A stretch of 64,000 bases of DNA from Bacillota bacterium (GTDB lineage Bacteria > Bacillota > Proteinivoracia > UBA4975): positions 142,796-206,795 of the forward strand of contig JBMNFF010000014.1 of NCBI GenBank assembly GCA_050949165.1. The letters are read 5' to 3'. The position numbers were made by a program, and so were the translations under genes. Shown in pieces: positions 8,533-16,724 of this stretch. Below the pieces are notes generated by a model. It searched no databases and was not told where the DNA came from. It worked only from the letters and a program-made list of their open reading frames with translations. The first letter of the stretch is position 1. Each line of letters opens with the position of its first letter.

Positions 8533-9087
8533 TTACTTTTCCACGTCCTTGGCAAAGTCGTCGATCCAGTGAATGGCATGGGCCAGGTTGAGCAAGTCAG
8601 GGGAAATGCCCCAGCGAAAGACGCATAGCTCTATACGCTTGCCCAATTTCTGGCTGGCATGGGTCAGGGCGTCCTTTAAATCTCCGTCGCCGGAGGAGAG
8701 GATGAGGTTATCGTATTCACCCTGGTCTGCCCCCCGGACGATTAGAGTCGCCAAGCCCACATCCACGCCCTTCTGCATCTGTAAGCTGTACTTGCGGCCG
8801 CAATAAGGACATTCGAAATCCCTCTGCTTTAATTTATACAGGTTGACATTGAGACCAGGTCCGCCGGGAAGGGGCGTCTGCAGCCAAGCATGGAAGCCGC
8901 TCTGGTTGTCGGTGGGCGGATTCTGGGTGCTGTTTAGATACCAAGCACTGGTGATGGGCCCGCCTTGTTCCAGGTGCAGACGCAGCTTGAGATAGTCGAA
9001 ATTGTAATCTGGTCCTACGGATTCTTGGGCATTAAACAGGTATGCTGCATCAATCAACCACATGGTATTGCCGATGCGCATGACCAT
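8533..9087 (-). CDS. NYN/LabA-like domain protein
   Basis: 184 aa; NYN-like motifs (GVDVGLATLIV, SGDGDL). Confidence 0.6.
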   Translation of the reverse strand: MVMRIGNTMWLIDAAYLFNAQESVGPDYNFDYLKLRLHLEQGGPITSAWYLNSTQNPPTDNQSGFHAWLQTPLPGGPGLNVNLYKLKQRDFECPYCGRKYSLQMQKGVDVGLATLIVRGADQGEYDNLILSSGDGDLKDALTHASQKLGKRIELCVFRWGISPDLLNLAHAIHWIDDFAKDVEK

Positions 9088-9167
9088 CCCCCCTTGCTTT
9101 TCCCGACCAATATATTATTCATATTGGCTAACTTTTCCCTAATTCCTTCTTTTTCTCGATTCTATCA

Positions 9168-9194
9168 CCAAAAATAAAGGCCCCCGGAGGGGCA
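9168..9194 (-). terminator. Intrinsic terminator after the Cys-rich mini-ORF
   Basis: Minus strand GCCCCUCCGGGGGC hairpin followed by CUUUAUUUUU. Confidence 0.45.
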
Positions 9195-9195
9195 G

Positions 9196-9324
9196 TTACT
9201 CGGCGTGCTGACAGCAGCGGGGTTCCTTCTTTTCCTGACAGTCCTTTCCCTGGCAGCAGTCAGCAGAAGCGGGAACCTCTTTGGCATTGTCCTTGCAACA
9301 GCCTTTGCCCTTATCGGTACACAT
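9196..9324 (-). CDS. Small cysteine-rich protein, 42 aa (MCTDKGKGCCKDNAKEVPASADCCQGKDCQEKKEPRCCQHAE)
   Basis: ATG preceded by GGGAGGTGG RBS (6-nt spacer), TAA stop, terminator directly downstream; 9 Cys including three CC doublets. Below the ORF-track length cutoff, so read manually. Confidence 0.45.
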   Translation of the reverse strand: MCTDKGKGCCKDNAKEVPASADCCQGKDCQEKKEPRCCQHAE

Positions 9325-9370
9325 TCTGCCACCTCCCTGTTTTTACCTTATACCAAACCCAAGTTGCCTG

Positions 9371-9796
9371 TCAATCCCGAATTCGCTTGCTCAATTCCAC
9401 CGCCCGGGCAAATGCCTCTTTAAAGGCAGTGCTGCAACAGATGCCTGCGGGATTGTTGATCTTGCAATCGCCGACTCCGGTGGCGCCGGTGATGGCGATA
9501 GCTTCGGTCAGGGTCAGGGCTTTTTTGGAGATGACGGCATTGATGATGTCCTGTTCGGTGACGCCGCTGCAGTAACAGACGTACTTTGGTCTTGCCCCAT
9601 CCTTCTGGGCAATGGGCACGCGGATCTGAGTCTGCCGCCATATTTCGCCTCCCCGGCCATAATAGGCGACAGGACAGGAAGGGGTGAGGCAGAGCCAATA
9701 CTTGCAGTCCAAGGGTTTCTGCTCTTTGACCATGGCCAACACGGTTTCCCGGGGCACCGGCTGCCCCACCACGCCGCAAACGGGACAATTCTTCAT
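9371..9796 (-). CDS. BFD-like (2Fe-2S)-binding domain protein
   Basis: 141 aa, N-terminal CPVC...C...C and central CYCSGVTEQDI BFD-like motif. Confidence 0.55.
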   Translation of the reverse strand: MKNCPVCGVVGQPVPRETVLAMVKEQKPLDCKYWLCLTPSCPVAYYGRGGEIWRQTQIRVPIAQKDGARPKYVCYCSGVTEQDIINAVISKKALTLTEAIAITGATGVGDCKINNPAGICCSTAFKEAFARAVELSKRIRD

Positions 9797-9945
9797 GGTA
9801 CCACCCGCCTCTTTATTACATCCTATGCCGACAGGGTATAAAAAAGAAAAGGCCGTCTTTGAATAGACCTCTTCTCTGCAGGAGGCGCGTTTGGTGTGTC
9901 GGGCAGATCAGGCGTCCCTACAAGGAGCCGGACCCCAGCTGATGA

Positions 9946-9979
9946 GGGGGGCCAGGAGACCCCCCTACTTCTTCTTTTT
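9946..9979 (+). terminator. Terminator-like hairpin (G6-N8-C6 + T-run) on plus strand in unassigned intergenic region
   Basis: GGGGGGCCAGGAGACCCCCC followed by TACTTCTTCTTTTT; no annotated plus-strand gene upstream. Confidence 0.3.
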
Positions 9980-10111
9980 GGGGGTGATTTTTTTCTGGGT
10001 GGTCTTGGGTTTGGTCTTTCTAGGCAAAACTTCCCCTCCCTGTCCTGGAAACTTCCCGTGCTATAAGATATGCAGCGGGGAGAGGAATGTTCATCGGATG
10101 GGGAAAACTAA

Positions 10112-11089
10112 TCAAATCTTGACTGGATTGAGGGGCGGCTTTCCTGCCAGGACTGCCAGAACATTCTCGGTCGCCATTTCAGCCATTCTGAGCCGGGTTT
10201 GCCAGGAAGCGCTGCCGATATGGGGCAGCAGGACGACATTTTCCAGGCCCAGGAGTTGGGGATGAATTTCCGGCTCCTTGGCGTACACATCCAGCCCGGC
10301 CCCGGCCAAGCGTCCCTCCCGGAGCATCCGGGCCAAATGCCCCTCGTCAATTATGGGACCTCGGGCCGTATTGACCAGGATTGCCGTGGGCTTTAATAGC
10401 TCCAGGTGCTCCCTGTCCAGGAGACCGGCGGTTTCCGGGGTCAAGGGCAGGTGCAGGGAGATAAAATCGCTCTCCCGCAGCAGCGTAGCCAAATCAACCC
10501 TCCGGGCCCGGCACTCCTGCTCAAATTCGGGCTTGGCGGTGCGGCTATAGTAGATGATGTTCATGCCAAAGCCCAAACCCCTCCGCGCCGTGGCCTGGCC
10601 GATCCGGCCTGCGCCGACAATTCCCAGAGTTGCGCCCCAAAAGTCCTGGCCCAAAAATTCGGTAGGATGCCAGCCTTTGAACTTTCCAGCCTCTGTAAAT
10701 TTGTGGGCGGGGACGACTTTCCTGGCGGCAGCCAACAACAAAGCCCAGGCGATATCCGCTGTGGCTTCGGTGAGGACGCCCGGAGTATTGCTTACATGAA
10801 TCCCCGCCGCTGCGGCCGCCGGGATATCGATATTATCGTAGCCAACGGCATAGTTGGCAAAGATTTTCACCCGCCCCCGGGCGGCGTCAACTACCTCTGC
10901 ATCGATCTTGTCACTGAGGAGGCAGATAACCGCATCGTTTTCCCTCACCACTTGGAGCAGCTCGTCCCTGCTCAGGGGGCGGTCCTCAGGGTTGACCGCT
11001 ACCTGGTGTTTCGCCTCCAGCTTGGCAAGCCCGCCCCGGGGCAATTGCCGGGTGACATAAACCTTGGCCAATTCCATCTCTCCTTCCAT
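10112..11089 (-). CDS. D-isomer-specific 2-hydroxyacid dehydrogenase (glyoxylate/hydroxypyruvate reductase-like)
   Basis: NAD-binding GxGxIG motif (GIVGAGRIGQ), catalytic R/E/H region; 325 aa. Confidence 0.75.
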   Translation of the reverse strand: MEGEMELAKVYVTRQLPRGGLAKLEAKHQVAVNPEDRPLSRDELLQVVRENDAVICLLSDKIDAEVVDAARGRVKIFANYAVGYDNIDIPAAAAAGIHVSNTPGVLTEATADIAWALLLAAARKVVPAHKFTEAGKFKGWHPTEFLGQDFWGATLGIVGAGRIGQATARRGLGFGMNIIYYSRTAKPEFEQECRARRVDLATLLRESDFISLHLPLTPETAGLLDREHLELLKPTAILVNTARGPIIDEGHLARMLREGRLAGAGLDVYAKEPEIHPQLLGLENVVLLPHIGSASWQTRLRMAEMATENVLAVLAGKPPLNPVKI

Positions 11090-11164
11090 ATTCAGTCTTG
11101 CCAGTTTTTTTGATTCCAGTCACGCCGAGAATCTTTTTGCAACAAAGAAATAGTACCGGCGGTA

Positions 11165-11773
11165 CTATTTCCCATATTGGCTTATGAGCTTCCGGGCGAA
11201 AGCCAGATTGTCCTGGCGCCGCGCGGATATCAGTTCGACCCTTACAATCGATTCCACTTCCACCAGCATAGTCTCCTTGTGATCGTTGACGACAACATAG
11301 GTATACTCCCCGGCATGCTCCAACTGTTCCAGGGCGTTGCGCATCCGCGAATCCAGATTATCTACCCGCGAGCGCCCCAGGATTCTCTTTCTTATCTCGG
11401 CCAGAGAAGGGGGAATCAAGAAGATCGAAACTATCCGCACATCGCGGTACACTTCCCGGTAGGTGCGATGCCCCTTCCAATCCATTTCCATGATCTTGAG
11501 ATTGCCATCGTCAAAAATATCCGCCGGGGACCCGTAATAGTAGTCGTTATATACCTGTTCGTATTCCAAAATCTTGCCTTGCTTGTACAGAGAAAAGAAC
11601 TCTTCTTCTCCCACAAAGCGATAGTCGACGCCGTGGATTTCATGGGGCCGCGGGCTGCGGGTGGTGTAGGTCACCGCCTTTTTTACCTGAGGGAAGGTGC
11701 GGCGGATATGGGTCATCACTGTGTTCTTTCCGGCACCCGAGGGTCCCGTCACGATAAATAACAATTTGCTCAT
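11165..11773 (-). CDS. Guanylate kinase family protein
   Basis: P-loop GPSGAGK at N-terminus, Gmk-like length (202 aa). Confidence 0.65.
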   Translation of the reverse strand: MSKLLFIVTGPSGAGKNTVMTHIRRTFPQVKKAVTYTTRSPRPHEIHGVDYRFVGEEEFFSLYKQGKILEYEQVYNDYYYGSPADIFDDGNLKIMEMDWKGHRTYREVYRDVRIVSIFLIPPSLAEIRKRILGRSRVDNLDSRMRNALEQLEHAGEYTYVVVNDHKETMLVEVESIVRVELISARRQDNLAFARKLISQYGK

Positions 11774-12030
11774 TTATTATTCCCTCCGAATCCCCGGGTT
11801 TTATTATATTATAAACAAAAGAGCTCAATTACTCCAGTAGTCGGGTATTGGGTGTTCCAGCGGCTGTTTCCCAGGCAGCTGTTTTTTATGGTATATTATT
11901 AGCTGTCTGCTCAGGATGGGCCTTACCCGGCATCGCTGCCGTCGCAAGAGGCGGCGCAGACCCAGTCCGGGATAGCTCCAAAAATTCTAGAGGATACTAA
12001 GTATAACTTGTAGGTACAGGAGGTACATCA

Positions 12031-13233
12031 GTGCGAGTAACATCTGAGATTGGCCCCTTAAAGAAAGTACTGCTCCACCGACCGGGCTCTGAGTTAGAGC
12101 ATATCCTGCCGGCCTATATGGAAGACCTGCTCTTTGACGAAATACCTTGGCTGGAAAGGGCCAGAGAGGAGCATGACGAATTTGCCGGGGCCTTGACCGA
12201 AGCCGGAGCCAAAGTCTATTACATTGAAGAATTGGTTGCAGACATTATGCAAGACGGGGAAATCAAGAAGCGCCTGATCGAGGAGCACCTGCGCCTCAGC
12301 AATATTGCCGACCCCGATACCCACCGGGTGGTGGCGGAATACTTGTTCAGCTTGCCCCATGCCGAGACGGTGGAACTCCTGACCGGCGGCCTTCCCAAGA
12401 TAAAGGTGCGGGCCCTCAAGGACACCCTTTCCCTCAGCGACCTCACCCCCGTAGGTTTTCCCTTCTATCTGCCGCCCCTGCCCAGCATGTACTTTATGCG
12501 GGATCACGGCATTACCCTGGAAAAGGGCATCATCGTCAGCACCATGTTCAACGACGCCCGCAAGCGGGAGCCCCTGTTTCTAAAAGCGGTTATCCAGCAC
12601 CATCCCGAATTCAGCGGCGCCCGGGTGCTGTCCACCGAGCCCATGCCCAGGGGAATCGAGGGGGGAGACGTGCTGGTCTTGAACAGAGATACCCTCCTGG
12701 TGGGACTAAGCCAACGCACCACAGAACAGGCCATAGAGACCCTGGCCCAGCGCCTGCTGATCGAAGAACCCATCCTAAAACAGGTCCTGGTCATGCAGAT
12801 TCCCATAAAGCGAGCGTACATGCACCTGGACACCGTCTTTACCATGGTGGATTACGATAAATTTCTCTTCTTCCCCGGCATCCGTGACATGGTGTATATG
12901 TACCGCCTGAGCAGGGGAGCCAAGGACAGGGTCCACGCTGAACAGCTTGGCAGCATCAAAGATGGTTTGGAACTGGCCTTGGGCCACAGCGTGCAGATCA
13001 TCTATTCCGGGGGCTCCACCAGTTACGAGGCCTCCCGGGAACAGTGGAACGACAGCACCAATACCCTGGCGGTGGCCCCGGGCAAGGTCATAGTCTATAA
13101 CAGAAACCAGCTGACCAACAAGATTCTGCGCAAGGCAGGAATCGAAATCATAGAAATTGAAGGCTCCGAATTGGTTCGTGGCCGAGGCGGCCCCCGCTGC
13201 ATGAGCATGCCCCTGGAAAGAGAAAATATTTAA
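12031..13233 (+). CDS. arcA: Arginine deiminase
   Basis: 400 aa, ADI signatures incl. C-terminal GGPRCMSMPL catalytic Cys motif; GTG start after GGAGGT RBS. Confidence 0.85.
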   Translation: MRVTSEIGPLKKVLLHRPGSELEHILPAYMEDLLFDEIPWLERAREEHDEFAGALTEAGAKVYYIEELVADIMQDGEIKKRLIEEHLRLSNIADPDTHRVVAEYLFSLPHAETVELLTGGLPKIKVRALKDTLSLSDLTPVGFPFYLPPLPSMYFMRDHGITLEKGIIVSTMFNDARKREPLFLKAVIQHHPEFSGARVLSTEPMPRGIEGGDVLVLNRDTLLVGLSQRTTEQAIETLAQRLLIEEPILKQVLVMQIPIKRAYMHLDTVFTMVDYDKFLFFPGIRDMVYMYRLSRGAKDRVHAEQLGSIKDGLELALGHSVQIIYSGGSTSYEASREQWNDSTNTLAVAPGKVIVYNRNQLTNKILRKAGIEIIEIEGSELVRGRGGPRCMSMPLERENI

Positions 13234-13235
13234 AA

Positions 13236-13266
13236 AAAGAACAGGCTCCTGGAGCCTGTTCTTCTT
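13236..13266. terminator. Bidirectional intrinsic terminator between convergent arcA and fprA
   Basis: AAAAAAAGAACAGGCTCCTGGAGCCTGTTCTTCTTTT palindrome flanked by A-run/T-run. Confidence 0.5.
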
Positions 13267-14451
13267 TTAGATATTGGCGGCCAGCTCCTTGCCCCACTCC
13301 CGGCATTTGGCCAAAAAGTCCGGGTCGGGCGCCCACTGAACCTTGAGGGATTCAGCGGCCAGGGTAATCCCCGCCTCTTTCAAAAACTCTTCGATCCCTT
13401 CTACAGCTCCCCCCCGCCAGCCGTGGGAACCAAAGGCAGCCCCCAGCTTTCCAGCGGGCTTAAGGGACTTGAGCTCCTCCAGCAGGGAACTGACCGGGTT
13501 GAGCATGCCGTTGTTTATCGTCGAGGAGCCTACGATAATCGCCTTGGCCTCCAACAGCTCGGCAATGATGTCGTTGTGGTCGGTGATGGAAGCTTTGTAC
13601 AGCCGGACAGGTTTCCCCTGGTCGGCAACCCCGTCCAGGATTGCCCGGGCCATCTTTTCGGTGCTGCCCCACATGGTATCGTAAACAATGAGGACTTTCT
13701 CCTGGGCCTGGGCGCTGGACCAGCGGCTGTAGGCTTCCAGAATTTTAGCCGGATGCGTGCGCCAGATCACGCCGTGGCCAGGAGCAATTATCTCTATATC
13801 CAGATTCAGTTGAGCAATTTCCTCCAGCTTTCTGGCGATAATTTTGTTAAAGGGGGTGAGGATATTGGCGTAGTACTTGGCGGCCTCTGCCATGATTATT
13901 CCCAGTTCGTTCTGGTCGTCAAAGGGATGGGACCAGGCCAGGTGCTGGCCGAAGGCGTCGTTGGAGAGGAGCAATCGCTTTTGGGGTATGTAGGTTATCA
14001 TATTGTCCGGCCAGTGCATCATGGGGGTCTCGATAAAGTGCAGGGTGTGCCGCCCCAACTCCAGGCTGTCGCCGGTCTTGACCACCCTGTAGCCCCAGTT
14101 GACCCCGGGGTAATAGCTTTCCAGGCCCGCCTTGGCCTTGGCGGTGCAGATTATCGTGGCCTGGGGGTTGAGTTCCATAATTTGCGGCAAGGATCCCGCG
14201 TGGTCGGGTTCAATATGGTTGACCACCACATAGTCCAAACTGCCGGGATGGACCTGGCGAAGGTTTGTCAAGAGCTCATGGGAAAAAGCGTTGTCCACAG
14301 TGTCCACCAGAGCAGTCTTCTCGTCCTTGATCAGATAGGCGTTATAAGTTGTGCCGCGATGCGTAGAGTATGAAGGGCCGTGGAAGGAACGCTTATCCCA
14401 ATCCACCGCCCCAACCGACCAGATGTCCTGGACAATCTCGAAAATTGCCAT
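13267..14451 (-). CDS. fprA: Flavodiiron protein (FprA-type; metallo-beta-lactamase + flavodoxin domains)
   Basis: HxExDH di-iron motif (NHIEPDHAG), C-terminal flavodoxin-like domain. Start at ATG 14451 (MAIFEI) with GGAGGTG RBS. Confidence 0.8.
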   Translation of the reverse strand: MAIFEIVQDIWSVGAVDWDKRSFHGPSYSTHRGTTYNAYLIKDEKTALVDTVDNAFSHELLTNLRQVHPGSLDYVVVNHIEPDHAGSLPQIMELNPQATIICTAKAKAGLESYYPGVNWGYRVVKTGDSLELGRHTLHFIETPMMHWPDNMITYIPQKRLLLSNDAFGQHLAWSHPFDDQNELGIIMAEAAKYYANILTPFNKIIARKLEEIAQLNLDIEIIAPGHGVIWRTHPAKILEAYSRWSSAQAQEKVLIVYDTMWGSTEKMARAILDGVADQGKPVRLYKASITDHNDIIAELLEAKAIIVGSSTINNGMLNPVSSLLEELKSLKPAGKLGAAFGSHGWRGGAVEGIEEFLKEAGITLAAESLKVQWAPDPDFLAKCREWGKELAANI

Positions 14452-14503
14452 CACAGCCACCTCCGTATAATTAAATAATGGGGCTTTAAACAGCCCCATT
14501 ATA

Positions 14504-15310
14504 TCATGCGCCCTCCCGCATGCCAAATCTGGTGAGGATTGCGGCGCCGGCCCCCGCCAGGGCCAGGGCGATTCTGATTGCCAGGCCCAAGAGGGGAAAA
14601 GCCAGGAGGGTACTGAGGAGCAATGCTCCCAATGTCAAGGCGCCCAGGGAATCGGCAGAACCAATGAGGATACGACTGCCCGCCAATCGGGAAATGGCAG
14701 CAAAGCCGAAGTAGGACGCTGCCCACAGGGCCAACAATACCAGAAGGGAAAGGGGTATTCCGATAATGGTCAAAGCCATAATTGCCGCCAGGGGCAAGGC
14801 CGCCAGCCAAGTCAACGCTCCTACCCCCAGCGTCGACCCCAAATGGGACTGGGTCTGGTCGGCAATCCGCGTCAGGGCCATGGGAAAGAGCAAGCCGATC
14901 AGGACGGCCAGCAAGACCCGAGCCACGATATTGAAAGCGGTGCGGCCGAAATTAAAGGCGCGGATATCCGGGACCCTGGGCAGGGAGACGGCTTTGCCTA
15001 TTCCACCCAGAGAGACCTGATCGCCGCTGATGGTCGCTCCGGGGCGGAGGTCGACGGCCCCGGTCAGGCAAATCACGTCGCCGTGGACGTTGGAGCCGGG
15101 GTGCAGGGTGATTTTCCCCAGCAGCGCCACCACATCCCCATAGACCTCTCCGTAAATATCTATGTCCCCCTGGAGGGCCACCACATCCCCCAGCACCCTT
15201 TCGCCGGCGGCAATGGTGATGTCGCCGGTTCTGACCATGTCCTCGGCGGCCAGAACGGGCTGGGGCAAGAGCAGGCAAAGCGCCGTCAAGAACAATAAGG
15301 TTTTCTTCAT
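14504..15310 (-). CDS. Secreted beta-helix repeat protein (GDV-repeat, DUF4097/bactofilin-like) with C-terminal membrane anchor
   Basis: Signal peptide MKKTLLFLTALCLLLPQPVLA, repeated GDV/GDI turns, hydrophobic C-terminal third; co-oriented downstream of anti-sigma gene. Confidence 0.5.
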   Translation of the reverse strand: MKKTLLFLTALCLLLPQPVLAAEDMVRTGDITIAAGERVLGDVVALQGDIDIYGEVYGDVVALLGKITLHPGSNVHGDVICLTGAVDLRPGATISGDQVSLGGIGKAVSLPRVPDIRAFNFGRTAFNIVARVLLAVLIGLLFPMALTRIADQTQSHLGSTLGVGALTWLAALPLAAIMALTIIGIPLSLLVLLALWAASYFGFAAISRLAGSRILIGSADSLGALTLGALLLSTLLAFPLLGLAIRIALALAGAGAAILTRFGMREGA

Positions 15311-15825
15311 GCTGTTCCCCCCTTGGCCAATTTGAAGCGAAATATTTTAACGAGCATTGCCAGGTCAATCATGGCCAAGAAGGTCAGGCCAAGCCAATAT
15401 TCCTGAGGCAAGGCTTCTGCCAGTACCCTCCAGCCCTTGTACAGGACCTTTGCCGCCTGGAACAAGGTGGCCAGCAGGGATGGGAGCCATTGCCAGTCCA
15501 GGCTCAGAAGTGCCGTCCCAACCAGGAAGGCGCCCTGGACCAGGACGGGGAAAATGGTTATGCCCGCCAGGAGGAAGATGGCGGCAATTCCTGCTCCGCG
15601 CCAGCTCTTGCGCCGGGCGAGCCTGGCCAGGACCGGCCCGGCAATATCCCCGGGAGGCTCCATCTGCAAATCCGCCAGCTGCCCCCATAGGCGTTGTGCC
15701 CCGGCCCTGTACTGACGACAGTAAGGGCATTCCTCCAGGTGAGCCCGCAGACGGGCTTCTTCCTGGGTAGACAGCTCACCATCCAGGGAAAACTCAATTT
15801 GTTGGCGAAAGATTCGGCAGTCCAT
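15307..15825 (-). CDS. Anti-sigma factor, zf-HC2 type, single TM
   Basis: HLEECPYCR zinc-finger motif, following TM segment, directly downstream of ECF sigma gene with 4-nt overlap. Confidence 0.65.
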   Translation of the reverse strand: MDCRIFRQQIEFSLDGELSTQEEARLRAHLEECPYCRQYRAGAQRLWGQLADLQMEPPGDIAGPVLARLARRKSWRGAGIAAIFLLAGITIFPVLVQGAFLVGTALLSLDWQWLPSLLATLFQAAKVLYKGWRVLAEALPQEYWLGLTFLAMIDLAMLVKIFRFKLAKGGTA

Positions 15826-16365
15826 CTACTCAACCCTCCCCATCAGGCTCTTGCGCAACATCTGCCGCGCCCGGAGCAACCTGTTTTTTACTTGACTCAA
15901 GGAAAGACCCAGGGCATCTGCCATTTCCTGATAGGACATCTCACCGCTGTGGCGGAGAACCACTAACTGGCGGTATTCCAGGGGCAGAGCCGCCACGGCT
16001 TGCTCCAGCTGGGACTTGGTCTCTGCCCGGAGCAGGTCGGCTTCGACGCTGGGCTGAACTCCCTCATTGTACTTGATATCCGCCACCGGGATCAGCCGCT
16101 TGTTTTTGCGCAGGAAGTCGACTGCCAGATTGGCGGCAATCCTGCTCAGCCATGGGGCGAGTCCCGCCTCCCCCCGCCAGGTCCCAATGCGGGTCCAGGC
16201 CCGGATAAAGGTTTCCTGGCTGATATCCATGGCATCTTGGGGGTTGCCCACTATTGCGTAAGCTGAAGCGTAAACTTTTTTCTGATATAACTCGATTACT
16301 TCTGCCAAGGCGGCATTGTTGCCTGCTTTAATCTCGGCGACTAATTCTGCATCCTTCAATGCCAC
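15826..16365 (-). CDS. ECF (sigma-70 family group 4) RNA polymerase sigma factor
   Basis: Region 2 (ETFIRAW) and region 4 (LEYRQLVVLRHSGEMSYQEMADALGLSLSQVKNRL) motifs; true start may be TTG a few codons in. Confidence 0.8.
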   Translation of the reverse strand: MALKDAELVAEIKAGNNAALAEVIELYQKKVYASAYAIVGNPQDAMDISQETFIRAWTRIGTWRGEAGLAPWLSRIAANLAVDFLRKNKRLIPVADIKYNEGVQPSVEADLLRAETKSQLEQAVAALPLEYRQLVVLRHSGEMSYQEMADALGLSLSQVKNRLLRARQMLRKSLMGRVE

Positions 16366-16472
16366 CCCTCCCCAATCCTGCTCCGCTTATGTAGACGTGG
16401 CAGCGCCAGGAAAAGTCTGATTGCCTGCCTCTATCAAATCAAAAAGAGAAGCCGACTGCAAGGAGTGTACAT

Positions 16473-16562
16473 AAAAAAAGCGGTAGACGAAACTTTCCGT
16501 TCAGCTGTGACTGTGTACTACCAGCCTTTTTCAGCCTGCCCATAGGGCTTCCGTCTACCGCG
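16473..16562 (-). repeat. Structured repeat copy A (~90 nt; long stem GCGGUAGACG/CGUCUACCGC, ends in U7 on minus strand)
   Basis: Shares AACTTTCC, CAGCTGTGAC, TTTTTCAGCCTGCCC, GGCTTCCG blocks with copy B; outer stem differs by compensatory changes. Confidence 0.5.
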
Positions 16563-16600
16563 CTCTTAGCTTACCCCAAGAGCGCAAATAATATACCAGC

Positions 16601-16685
16601 AAAAAAAGTGACCGGCGGAACTTTCCTCCCAGCTGTGACCCTTCAGGTCTTTTTCAGCCTGCCCTGTACGGCTTCCGCCAGCCAC
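16601..16685 (-). repeat. Structured repeat copy B (outer stem CCGGCGG/CCGCCAG, ends in U7 on minus strand)
   Basis: See copy A; a degenerate partial third copy lies at ~16385..16432. Confidence 0.5.
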
Positions 16686-16724
16686 ACCTCTATTATATCC
16701 CGGCAAAGGAGAAAATATTCTCCG

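Noticed and set aside
9205-9423. 72-aa plus-strand ORF (MLTAAGFLLFL…)
   Set aside because: Antisense to the better-supported Cys-rich mini-ORF and the terminator/RBS signals that fit the minus strand.
9891-10265. 124-aa plus-strand ORF with AGGAGG-N8-GTG start
   Set aside because: Runs through a strong terminator-like hairpin and 150 nt into the convergent dehydrogenase gene; hydrophobic stretch derives from a T-rich terminator tail. Kept only as part of an 'unexplained intergenic region' finding.
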